A stretch of DNA of 64,000 nucleotides, from IMG/VR virus record IMGVR_UViG_3300001598_000048, positions 1 through 64,000 of that record, one strand, 5' to 3'. Source of the stretch: a virus. Its lineage: Duplodnaviria; Caudoviricetes. Below, one piece after another: positions 13,026 through 22,089 of the stretch. Within the stretch, counting starts at the first letter, position 1. Each line of letters starts with the position of its first letter. The notes under the pieces were generated by a model. The model saw nothing but the letters and a program-made list of their open reading frames with translations. It searched no databases and was not told the DNA's origin. The position numbers and the translations under genes were made by a program.

Positions 13026-14714
13026 ATGTGGACTAATTATAATTTAACCGATCTATTGTATTCTGTAGTTGGAAGAAAACCTACTAGTTCTATGTCTATA
13101 ACTATCAAAATGAAACAATTAAAACAAGCATTTAATAGTATCGATTTAGTGCTTATTTATAATAATAATCTTGATGATGTAGATATTACTTGAAAATATG
13201 GTACATATGAAAATAAACCAGTTTTAGATTTTACACACGGATCTGTTGATTATGTTACTGTTCAAATACAAGCAATTGTTCTTGCACAACTTTTTAAATA
13301 TTCTACTGATGTGGAGGGAATACCATCTCAGGAAATAGAATTTATTTATGATCCTCAGATTAAAATGAATAGAACAAATGATATAAATTGATATAATATG
13401 TTTACAAATGATATAGGAGTGCAATTTGATGATTCTTACGGTTATCGTTGAAGTGAATCTAAATATTTAGAAAATGCTACAAACATTTTTTCAATACAAA
13501 ATTTAATAAGTAATTCTGATGCTGCAAATGCGATGAATGGAAATGTTATTCATTATAGATATGGAGTAAATGGAAAAGCAATAAATGCAAAAGGAAGAAT
13601 TGGTACAGATATAACAACTGAAACAGGATATAGAGATAAAAATACTGGTAGTTATTTTGATTTTTATAATAAAATTGAATATCTTGGTATGTATAGTGAG
13701 TCTGAAAATAATTTTTCTCATTTTGATGCAAGTAATCATTTTGTTACTTTAAATGCTTCTGGAAGTTCTATATCATACGAAGGTCCTTTTATATTTGCTC
13801 GAGTATGCAATGATTATAATTGTTTGTTAGAAAACTATTCAGATATTTATGCAAAAACAGATCATAATTTTAGTTATATATCCTATCAACAAGGAATTAA
13901 TTTAAAATTAAAAAATAAAACTATTGAATATTTCTTTGGAAATAATTGTACAAATCCTTCAAAAATTGCTAAACCAATTGATTTAGACGGAAAAATTTCT
14001 TTTAGTTCTTTATCTTCTAGTTTATCTTCTACATATTCTTTTGATGGTTCTAGTATTACACCAGAAACTAATATTAAAATAGAAGTTCCACAATTAAGTT
14101 CTGATGTTATTGGATATGATACTGCTTGAGATATTGCAAGACATATAAAATTAGAAAATTTTGCAACAGAAAGAAAACTTTATATACGATATTGAAAACA
14201 AGATGATGGAGAAAAGATTTCTTCTATAACTTTAAATAATTTAAGTCATATAACATCATCTTGTTTGAAATTCACAGATTTTAATATAGAATTATTTAAA
14301 CCTTGAAATATAGTAAATCCAAAATCTACTCTTTTAGGATGAGATTTAACTACAAACTATAATCTAAATCTCTCAAATACAGTATCTTATAGTTGAAATG
14401 ATAATTGAACTGGAGAAACACTTTATTTCGAAAGACATGATAGGAAAGAATATGGTTATGTAATTTTAGGAAAATATGGAGATTTACAATTAACAAATGA
14501 TAAGAATTTATTAAATTTAACAGATGAAGGACATAATTATTATATACAATTAGATAAACCAGATAATTATAGACAATATGCAATGTGAAGAAGCAAAAGT
14601 ACGGAATCAAATCATTTAACATATTCTATTACTTCTTTCTGTGAACCAGAAAATTCTAATAAATATAGATATTTTGTTTTTAAATTGTACAATATTACGA
14701 ATTCTATTAATTAA
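13026..14714 (+). CDS. Hypothetical N/S/T/Y-rich protein (562 aa, 10 TGA)
   Basis: RBS GGAGG, ATG at 13026, open to TAA at 14712 when TGA=Trp; includes track ORF 13533-14129. Confidence 0.75.
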
Positions 14715-14721
14715 AATTTTC

Positions 14722-14750
14722 TTGACAAATAGAAAAAAATATACTATAAT
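14722..14750 (+). promoter_or_regulatory. sigmaA-type promoter
   Basis: Perfect TTGACA-N17-TATAAT. Confidence 0.85.
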
Positions 14751-14801
14751 AATAATATAAGGATAAGTATTAACTTATCCTTTTATTGAAAGGAAAAAAA
14801 T

Positions 14802-15824
14802 ATGAAAACTATAAAAACTATAAACGATTTCGCAATGATGGAACCAATGAAATATTACAACAATGAAGATGAAAATAATCAAAAACGTCAAGATATTTTA
14901 TTAAATAAAGATAATCTTTATATTGCAACAGAAAAACACGATGGCGACTGGGGAATGTTTATTCACTATAGTAAAGGAAAAAACTTAGTTCGTAGTAGAA
15001 GTATAAGTAAAGTTACAGGAGTATATGGTGATTATACAGCAAAAGTTCCGCATTTAGTTGAAGAAATGGATAATTGGCCAGATAATACAGTAGTATTAGC
15101 AGAATTATGTTTTAAAGAATATGGAACTAATGCTAACACAGTTGGAACAATTTTAAGATGTCTTCCACCTAAAGCGATTGAACGTCAAAAGACAACTCCA
15201 TTATATGCTTATATATTTGATGTGCTAATGTATAACGGAGAAGATTTAACTAATAAACCATATTTAGAACGTATTTATTGGGAATATAATTATCGTTTTG
15301 AAGAAGAATATTTTTTTAGACGCACTGAATTATTTTATGATAACTTTGCAGAACACGCAGATGAAATTATCGTCGCAGGAGGAGAAGGTATAGTTATTCA
15401 AAAAAAATCTAATCCTTATATGTCAGGAACTAGAACTGCGTGGGCAACATTAAAAATGAAGCAAAGTTTACCGCATATGGAACTTAAAGTAATAGGATTT
15501 ATTGAACCAAATAAATTTTATGAGGGGGATTTTTCACCTATTTGGAAATATAAATTAGAGGATGGAACTTTAGTTACAAAACCATATTTTTATGGTTGGA
15601 AAGTCGGAGTTATTGTTGATTATAATGGTGTAGCAGTTAGAGTTACATCTGGTGCAACTGATGAAGATATGGAATGGTTAGCATCTAATGAAGCTGCAGA
15701 AAAACTTGCTGCGGGTGAAATATTTGCAGAGGTTAAAGCAATGAGTGAAAATGAAAAAGCATCATTACGTCACCCTGTATTAGTTAAGCTTAGAGTAGTT
15801 GAAGATGGCGTAAATGATAAATAG
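14802..15824 (+). CDS. ATP-dependent DNA ligase
   Basis: Motif I EKHDG, VLAEL, YIFDVL, EGIVIQK, KMK, LRHP; 7 Trp all TGG. Confidence 0.88.
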   Translation: MKTIKTINDFAMMEPMKYYNNEDENNQKRQDILLNKDNLYIATEKHDGDWGMFIHYSKGKNLVRSRSISKVTGVYGDYTAKVPHLVEEMDNWPDNTVVLAELCFKEYGTNANTVGTILRCLPPKAIERQKTTPLYAYIFDVLMYNGEDLTNKPYLERIYWEYNYRFEEEYFFRRTELFYDNFAEHADEIIVAGGEGIVIQKKSNPYMSGTRTAWATLKMKQSLPHMELKVIGFIEPNKFYEGDFSPIWKYKLEDGTLVTKPYFYGWKVGVIVDYNGVAVRVTSGATDEDMEWLASNEAAEKLAAGEIFAEVKAMSENEKASLRHPVLVKLRVVEDGVNDK

Positions 15825-15832
15825 GAGATAAT

Positions 15833-16123
15833 ATGAAAATAGAAAATAAATGTAAAAGTTGTAAACACGAAAAAGTTTGTCGATTTAAAGATGCATTTGA
15901 AGGTTCAAAAGAATTATTAGAAATATCAAGTAATTGGTTAGAAAGTGATAATTTTTCAATTGAATTAAAATGTAAACATTATGAAGAAGTATGGAGAAAT
16001 ACTTATGGAACAATTACTACAACACCATATTATAATGGCGGTTTTAAAATTAGTGATAATTTAAATTTTACTAATACACTTACTTCATCTGGAGATAATA
16101 ATGGACAAAGTACAACGATTTAG
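15833..16123 (+). CDS. Small Cys-containing hypothetical protein
   Basis: CKSCKHEKVC; RBS AGGAG. Confidence 0.65.
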   Translation: MKIENKCKSCKHEKVCRFKDAFEGSKELLEISSNWLESDNFSIELKCKHYEEVWRNTYGTITTTPYYNGGFKISDNLNFTNTLTSSGDNNGQSTTI

Positions 16124-16439
16124 AGAAATTGTAAATCAAATGGCTGATTTATATGAAAAGAAAAATAAAAACTATGGTAATAGTTTTGGCGAATTATTTG
16201 AAAAACTTGGTCCAATATCAGGATTAGTTCCGCTTCATAATAAGTTAGACAGAATAACTAATTTAGTAATAGGCGGTAAAAATGATTTCGAATCAGTAGA
16301 AGATAGTTTAAAAGATTTAGCTTGTTATGCAATTATGAATTTAATTGAAAGAGAATATCAAGAGAATAAATTAAAATCAGAAGAAACAAGTTATGAATGT
16401 GTAACTGAAATTGATTGGGGTAAAAAAAATGCAGAATAA
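16101..16439 (+). CDS. DUF1599-like (nucleotide modification associated domain 1) protein
   Basis: LYEKKNKNYGNSF...LHNKLDR...ESVEDSLKDLACYAIM pattern (recalled family signature). Confidence 0.75.
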   Translation: MDKVQRFREIVNQMADLYEKKNKNYGNSFGELFEKLGPISGLVPLHNKLDRITNLVIGGKNDFESVEDSLKDLACYAIMNLIEREYQENKLKSEETSYECVTEIDWGKKNAE

Positions 16440-17016
16440 ACCTCTTGGTTATTTAGGCGGAGATATTATGACTAAAGGCGCAAATCTTGCGCGTCAACAA
16501 GAGTATGATGAATTCAAGAAACTTGATATTGACGTTGATGTTTATTCACCAGTAATGAATAAATCAATTAATGACAAAGCATCAATGACAGAAGAAGAAA
16601 ATAATCATCTTGCGGAAAAAATTACAGATGCCGATATTGAAAGATTATGGAATAGTGATTTTGTAGTTATGTGTCCAGAACAAAGCGCAATTGGCTCAAT
16701 GTGCGAAACTGGCACACTTTATGGCTGGAAATATTTAACAAATAAGTTGTTATCAAAGATAAATGAATTACAAGAAGATGGAAAATCAGATAGAGAGATT
16801 TTGAGTTATTTATTTGGTGAATTAATGAGAATTCAAAATAAAGATATAGGTTATCATTACTTTGATATTAGAACAAATCACTTAAATGAAAAAGATTGGC
16901 GCAGAAGTTTTTCTATCAATCAATTATTATATGGTATGATACTTTATTCATCATCTGTTGGTGATTTTGAAACCTTTGATGAAATAATGAGTAGATTAAA
17001 AGAAAAATATAAATAG
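16411..17016 (+). CDS. Nucleoside 2-deoxyribosyltransferase-like protein
   Basis: GYLGG, VYSP, DIERLWNSD, GSMCETG pattern; true start may be about 16429. Confidence 0.7.
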   Translation: MIGVKKMQNKPLGYLGGDIMTKGANLARQQEYDEFKKLDIDVDVYSPVMNKSINDKASMTEEENNHLAEKITDADIERLWNSDFVVMCPEQSAIGSMCETGTLYGWKYLTNKLLSKINELQEDGKSDREILSYLFGELMRIQNKDIGYHYFDIRTNHLNEKDWRRSFSINQLLYGMILYSSSVGDFETFDEIMSRLKEKYK

Positions 17017-17025
17017 GAGTTTAAT

Positions 17026-17208
17026 ATGAGTGAAAAAATAAAAAGTTTAATTTTTAACATTTTAGCCATTGTATTCATCGTAATAGTATTGGCAGCCGCC
17101 GTTTGTACCGCATGCGGTTTTCAATCATTGGTTTTATCAATTTTAACATTGGTAAGTCTAATTGCTTTTATTACATTTGCTACTATTTTTAGATTTAAAA
17201 ATAAATAG
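17026..17208 (+). CDS. Small two-helix membrane protein
   Basis: Two hydrophobic stretches; RBS AGGAG. Confidence 0.65.
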   Translation: MSEKIKSLIFNILAIVFIVIVLAAAVCTACGFQSLVLSILTLVSLIAFITFATIFRFKNK

Positions 17209-17217
17209 GAGTAGCAG

Positions 17218-18498
17218 ATGAGTACTTTAATTTATAGCATTAGCGATAAACCAAAAACCATTAAGGAGTGATGTTTATATACATTACAAATGGTTCTTGC
17301 TGTATTTGTTGCTACAGTATTAATTTCTGATATATGCGGAACTCCAGTCAGTGCCTGTTTAATTGGCGCTTGTATTGGAACAATTATTTATCAATTAATT
17401 ACAGGATTTAAATCGCCTATGTTCATTTCAAGTTGCGGCGCCACAGTCAGTGCTGTTATTGGCGCACTTGCACTTCCAAGTATTAATGGACAAAACTATT
17501 TAATGGTAGTTTTTGGCGGTATTATTATTGCGATTGTTTATATGATTTTTGCCGCCTTGTATCAAATTAAAGGCGCTAACTTCATTAATAAAATATTACC
17601 ACCAACTATCGTAGGCTCAATTACAATAGTTATAGGTTTAAATCTTGCGGGATTTTTAATTACTTATACGCATGATAGTAATACTTGAGAAGTAATCGTT
17701 GCTATTTGCACTATGTTTGTAGTTGTGGTTTCATCGCATTATTTTAAAGGTTTTATGAAAACCATTCCATTTTTATTTGGTTTAGCATTTGGATATGTGT
17801 TTTGTTTAATATTAAAATTATTCGACATTAATATTATTAGTTTTGAATCTTTTAATAATTTACATTGATATCCAGAATTTACTTTCTTAAAATGGAATTC
17901 AGGTGATTTTAGTTGGTCTAATTTAGGACAAACAGTATTATTATTCTTACCAGTTGCTTTATGCGCTATTTGCGAACATATTTCAGATCATAAGACTTTA
18001 TCTAATATAGTAGAACAAGATTTAATTGCAAATCCGGGTTTAAATAAAACTTTACTTGGAGATGGAATTGCTTCTGCCGTTGGAACAATTACGTGTGGTT
18101 TACCTAATACAAGTTATGGTGAATCAATTGCAACAATAGGTTTTAGTAAAGTTGCATCTGTATGGATTACGACTGCGGCGGCCGCATTTATTGGTTTACT
18201 GTCATTTTGTGCGCCTATTACTGCTTTTATAGAAACAATACCAAGTTGTGTATTTGGTGGTTGCGCAATGGTCTTATATGGATATATTGCAGCAAGTGGA
18301 TTAAAAACATTAATGAATAATAAAGTAGATTTAGAAGATAATAAAAATCTAACTATTGTATCAGTTGTATTATGCGTAGGAGTAGGTGGAATATTTTTAT
18401 TTAGCGCATCTTTTGCTGGTGTAAGTTTAGCAATGGTATTAGGTGTTATTTTAAATCTAATTTTAAGGAATAAAAATGACGAAGAAGGAATTAAGTAA
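17218..18498 (+). CDS. uraA: NCS2-family (UraA-like) nucleobase permease (426 aq-equivalent: 426 aa, 3 TGA)
   Basis: One frame joins track ORFs 17290-17688 and 18268-18498; EHISDH, GLNKTLLGDG, GLPNTSYGES, VLYGYIAASG signatures; many TM segments. Confidence 0.88.
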
Positions 18499-18682
18499 AC
18501 TTTTAAGAAGTTTACCACGCAATACAAAAATACAATTAAATGGAGAAGATGATATAATCGTAACTTATTGAATGAACAATGAAGGTCGATGCGGAATTAA
18601 TCTATGCAATTCTCCGAATGTAGAAAATGTTGAAATAAAAACATTTTCAAATAGTGAAAATTTATTTGACAAAGTCGAATAA
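18476..18682 (+). CDS. Possible small hypothetical protein (68 aa, one TGA)
   Basis: ATG overlapping the permease stop region; open to TAA at 18680 with TGA=Trp. Confidence 0.4.
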
Positions 18683-18694
18683 ATGTAGTATAAT
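18666..18694 (+). promoter_or_regulatory. sigmaA-type promoter
   Basis: TTGACA-N17-TATAAT. Confidence 0.85.
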
Positions 18695-18807
18695 AAATTA
18701 TAAGTTAAGAAAAAGAAAAAAGATTACTAAGATTAAATATTGGTAATGCGAAGTAACTTTATCTTTATTAACAAAAAAAATAATACAAATAGGAAAGGAA
18801 ATTAAAC

Positions 18808-19077
18808 ATGCCAACATCAAAAGCTGCTGAATTTATCAGCTACACAGACAACGAAAAAGTTGCAATCGAAACATTAAAAGCTAACAGAGGACAACATTTA
18901 TCTGCAAAAGAATTAGGAATCGCTGTAGCATTATTAACTTCAATCGGTAAGAAAGCCGTAGACGAAAGACCAATGGCTGAAGGCGTTGAAAGAATCGTTC
19001 TTAACAAAGAAGATTATGAATACGTTTGCCCAACTTGCGGTTCTAAACATTCTTATAAATTATACTGGATTGACTAA
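18808..19077 (+). CDS. Small putative DNA-binding protein (winged-helix-like plus CPTC knuckle), probably highly expressed
   Basis: Strong RBS; codon style (ATC/AAC/TAC/GCT) like the capsid gene; resembles the N-terminus of the ORF at 24444. Confidence 0.6.
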   Translation: MPTSKAAEFISYTDNEKVAIETLKANRGQHLSAKELGIAVALLTSIGKKAVDERPMAEGVERIVLNKEDYEYVCPTCGSKHSYKLYWID

Positions 19078-19085
19078 TTAATTAA

Positions 19086-19170
19086 CTTGTTGCATCTATT
19101 CGCAGCAAGGTATCGATACTACTGTGTCCAATATGAATAGGTGTGTCACTTAATAATGGTCAACACAAAG
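19086..19170 (+). ncRNA. Candidate structured RNA (hairpin plus pseudoknot) in the 3' UTR
   Basis: Stem 19086-93/19102-09; its loop ATCTATTC is complementary to GAATAGGT at 19135-42; palindrome GTATCGATAC at 19110-19. Confidence 0.35.
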
Positions 19171-19175
19171 TAAAA

Positions 19176-19209
19176 GAGGAAACTACAGGTCGGTTTCTTC
19201 TTTTCTTTT
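19176..19209 (+). terminator. Intrinsic terminator
   Basis: GAGGAAAC/GTTTCTTC stem followed by TTTTCTTTT. Confidence 0.7.
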
Positions 19210-19219
19210 AATTTTTATT

Positions 19220-19666
19220 ATGGAGAGCAAAATGAAATTACAATTTAAAGAATTTTTACATAGAATGGAAGATTCTGAAGCCTTTTCAACAAAAGAAACA
19301 AGTGCTGGAATTTTAACTATTCAACAAACAGAAAGAAATGCTCTTCGCAAGGAAGGATTAGCCGCTCTTAAAAGCGATTTAGAAAGTCTATATGGAGATG
19401 AATTCGATATAGTAGAAACTAAAGAAGGTATCGTTGTTGTCGCAGAAGGCGAAGATTATACTTTTAGTTGAGAAATCAAATGCACAATCAAGAGTTTGGA
19501 TTATGATCCATTCATCGAAGCGAATAATTTTGCGGATTTAGAGGCTATGAAAGCGCAAAAGAAAGCCGTTAGAGAAGCAGAAGCCGCAGAGAAACTTGAG
19601 AAGAAAAAAGAGAAACAAAGAGCTAAGGCTTTAGAAACATTAAGAAAATTAGAAGCAGAAGAATAA
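19220..19666 (+). CDS. Hypothetical protein with charged coiled-coil C-terminus (148 aa, one TGA)
   Basis: Track ORF ends at TGA 19469; frame continues to TAA at 19664, followed by an AGAAGCAG/CTGCTTCT hairpin. Confidence 0.7.
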
Positions 19667-19744
19667 TTACTGCTTCTTTTATTTTCAGATTTAATTCAAA
19701 ATAACTTCAAAATTAAAATCTTAATTAAATTATTAAAATAATAT

Positions 19745-19773
19745 TTGACAAAGTAAAAAAACTTTAGTATAAT
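19745..19773 (+). promoter_or_regulatory. sigmaA-type promoter
   Basis: TTGACA-N17-TATAAT. Confidence 0.85.
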
Positions 19774-19798
19774 ATATTTATATGAAAGGAGTAATAAT

Positions 19799-21718
19799 AT
19801 GAAAACATATGATGAGAATAGTATTGTTACCTTAAAACCTCGTGAAGCAGTTAGACAAAGTTTAGGTATGTATATAGGTAGTAATGACACTACTGGTATG
19901 CATCATTTATTAACTGAAATTATTGCAAATGCAATGGATGAAGCTGCCGCAGGATATGGTAAATTAATAAAAGTTAATATTGAAACATCAACAAATACTG
20001 CCGTTGTAATTGATGAAGGTAGAGGTATACCATTTCATAAGAATGCATCTGGAAACTATGCAATAGTAGAAATGTGTACAAGTTTACATAGTGGTGGTAA
20101 ATTTGAAGGTCAAGGAAATTATAAATCTTCATTAGGATTAAATGGTGTTGGTGCAACAGTAACTAATGCGCTTTCAAGTGAATTTGTTATACAGGTTTGG
20201 AGAGATGGAGAATATTGTATATTTGGCGTCTATGACGGAGAATATGATGAACCAGTAATTGAGAAATATGCTGGAAAAATTCACGGTTCAATGATTAGTT
20301 TTATTCCAGATACAGAAATATTTGGCGATGCGAAATGGGATTTAGAAAAGATTAAAAATGAACTTCAACTTCACGCTTTGTTAAATAATGGAATTACATT
20401 TGAATTATGGGCAGATGGAAAAGAATGCGCAAAGTTTATCTATACAAATGGAATTAAAGATATGTTGGCAATTAAGACTCAGGGATTAAATATGTTAACT
20501 GATCCAGTGTATAGTTCCGCCTTTATAACAAATGATGCTGGAGAAACTTGTGATGTTGAATTTGCATTTGCTTATAGTGATAAAACATATGAAAGTATTT
20601 ATTCTTTTGTTAATGGTGGTTATACACCTAACGATGGAACACACGTAACTGGTTGGAAAACTGCCTTTACTTCCGCCATTAATAAATTAGCGAGAGATAG
20701 TGAAGTTTTAAAAGATAAAGATAAAAATCTTGCAGGTGAAATTGTAAGAAAAGGTTTAGTATTAGTTTTATCTATTAAGATGAGTGAAAGACCGCAATTT
20801 GGTGAACAAACAAAGTTAACACTTAATAGTCCATCTGCTCGTGGTTTTTGTAGCAAAGCCGTTGGTCAAATGACTTTAAATGCAAAAGTAATAAAACAAA
20901 TCTTAGATAAAATTATGATTGAACAAAAAGCCGAAGAAGCCGCACAACGTAAACGTGAAGCTCAAGAAAAAATTGCTCGTGGTGGAAAATCTATGAACAG
21001 TTTAAGAGACCTTCCAGATAAATTAGCAGACGCTCGTGATTTTAACGATGCGGAACTTTATCTCGTAGAAGGAGATTCTGCCGCTTCTGGTGCTAAATCT
21101 ACGAAGGCGCCTAATATGGCTGTTTTGCCGCTACGTGGTAAAGTTAAGAATTGTACAAGTCTTGAGTTGGCAGATGCAATTAAATCAGATGTAATTAAAG
21201 ATTTATTAACAGTTTTAGGTTGCGGAGTAGGCGATCACTTTAATATTAATAATTTAAGATATAATAAGATAATTATTATGACCGATGCTGATTCGGATGG
21301 CGGACATATAGAATTGCTTCTAGTTACATTGTTCTTACATCATCTGCCTGAAATTATTAAGGCTGGTAAACTTTATGCCGCAACTCCTCCTTTATTTAGA
21401 ACACAAAATAAAAAAGAAACTAAATATTGGAGAACTAATGATGCGGAATTTAATAAATATGTGCGTAATCATAAAGATTTAGAAATTCAAAGAATAAAAG
21501 GACTTGGTGAAATGGCGGCTCAAGAATTATATAAGACTACTATGGATCCAGACAATCGTCAATTAGTTCAATTAACTACTGAAGATTTAGAGGCAACATT
21601 AGCATTATATGATAAATTAATGGGTAAGATACCTGCTTTAAGAAGAGAATTTATCTTAAAGAATAAATTATCATCGCTTGAAGATGGTGATTTCTATGAT
21701 GATGATTTTGAAGAATAA
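19799..21718 (+). CDS. gyrB: Type IIA topoisomerase subunit B (GyrB/ParE-like)
   Basis: EIIANAMDE, DEGRGIP, LHSGGKF, GLNGVG, EGDSA, PLRGK, IMTDADSDG, KGLGEM. Confidence 0.95.
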   Translation: MKTYDENSIVTLKPREAVRQSLGMYIGSNDTTGMHHLLTEIIANAMDEAAAGYGKLIKVNIETSTNTAVVIDEGRGIPFHKNASGNYAIVEMCTSLHSGGKFEGQGNYKSSLGLNGVGATVTNALSSEFVIQVWRDGEYCIFGVYDGEYDEPVIEKYAGKIHGSMISFIPDTEIFGDAKWDLEKIKNELQLHALLNNGITFELWADGKECAKFIYTNGIKDMLAIKTQGLNMLTDPVYSSAFITNDAGETCDVEFAFAYSDKTYESIYSFVNGGYTPNDGTHVTGWKTAFTSAINKLARDSEVLKDKDKNLAGEIVRKGLVLVLSIKMSERPQFGEQTKLTLNSPSARGFCSKAVGQMTLNAKVIKQILDKIMIEQKAEEAAQRKREAQEKIARGGKSMNSLRDLPDKLADARDFNDAELYLVEGDSAASGAKSTKAPNMAVLPLRGKVKNCTSLELADAIKSDVIKDLLTVLGCGVGDHFNINNLRYNKIIIMTDADSDGGHIELLLVTLFLHHLPEIIKAGKLYAATPPLFRTQNKKETKYWRTNDAEFNKYVRNHKDLEIQRIKGLGEMAAQELYKTTMDPDNRQLVQLTTEDLEATLALYDKLMGKIPALRREFILKNKLSSLEDGDFYDDDFEE

Positions 21719-21729
21719 ATAAAATTATC

Positions 21730-21758
21730 TTGACAAATATAAAAAAATATACTATAAT
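21730..21758 (+). promoter_or_regulatory. sigmaA-type promoter
   Basis: TTGACA-N17-TATAAT. Confidence 0.85.
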
Positions 21759-21777
21759 ATAGTATAAATATAAATAT

Positions 21778-22068
21778 ATGGAGAAAAATATGGAAAACGA
21801 AAAAGAAACTCAACAAACTCAACAAATTCAAGGCTGGAAAGATGTTCAAATTAATGGACAATTACCATTAGAAGCTATTCTTAACTTCTTCAATATCTTA
21901 AATCAAAGACTTTGCACAGTTGAAGATTTAACTAAAGTAAGCGGTCCAGATGGAAGTGATGTAACTTTAACTGAATTATATCGTTTACAAACTGAAGAAC
22001 AAATGAAACAAGCTCAAGCTAAAGCAGAAGAAACAAAAGAAGAAACAACAGAAGAACAACAAGCATAA
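21778..22068 (+). CDS. Hypothetical Q/E-rich protein (96 aa)
   Basis: ORF lying between the two topoisomerase subunit genes. Confidence 0.65.
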   Translation: MEKNMENEKETQQTQQIQGWKDVQINGQLPLEAILNFFNILNQRLCTVEDLTKVSGPDGSDVTLTELYRLQTEEQMKQAQAKAEETKEETTEEQQA

Positions 22069-22089
22069 TTAAAAAGGAGACAATGAACA

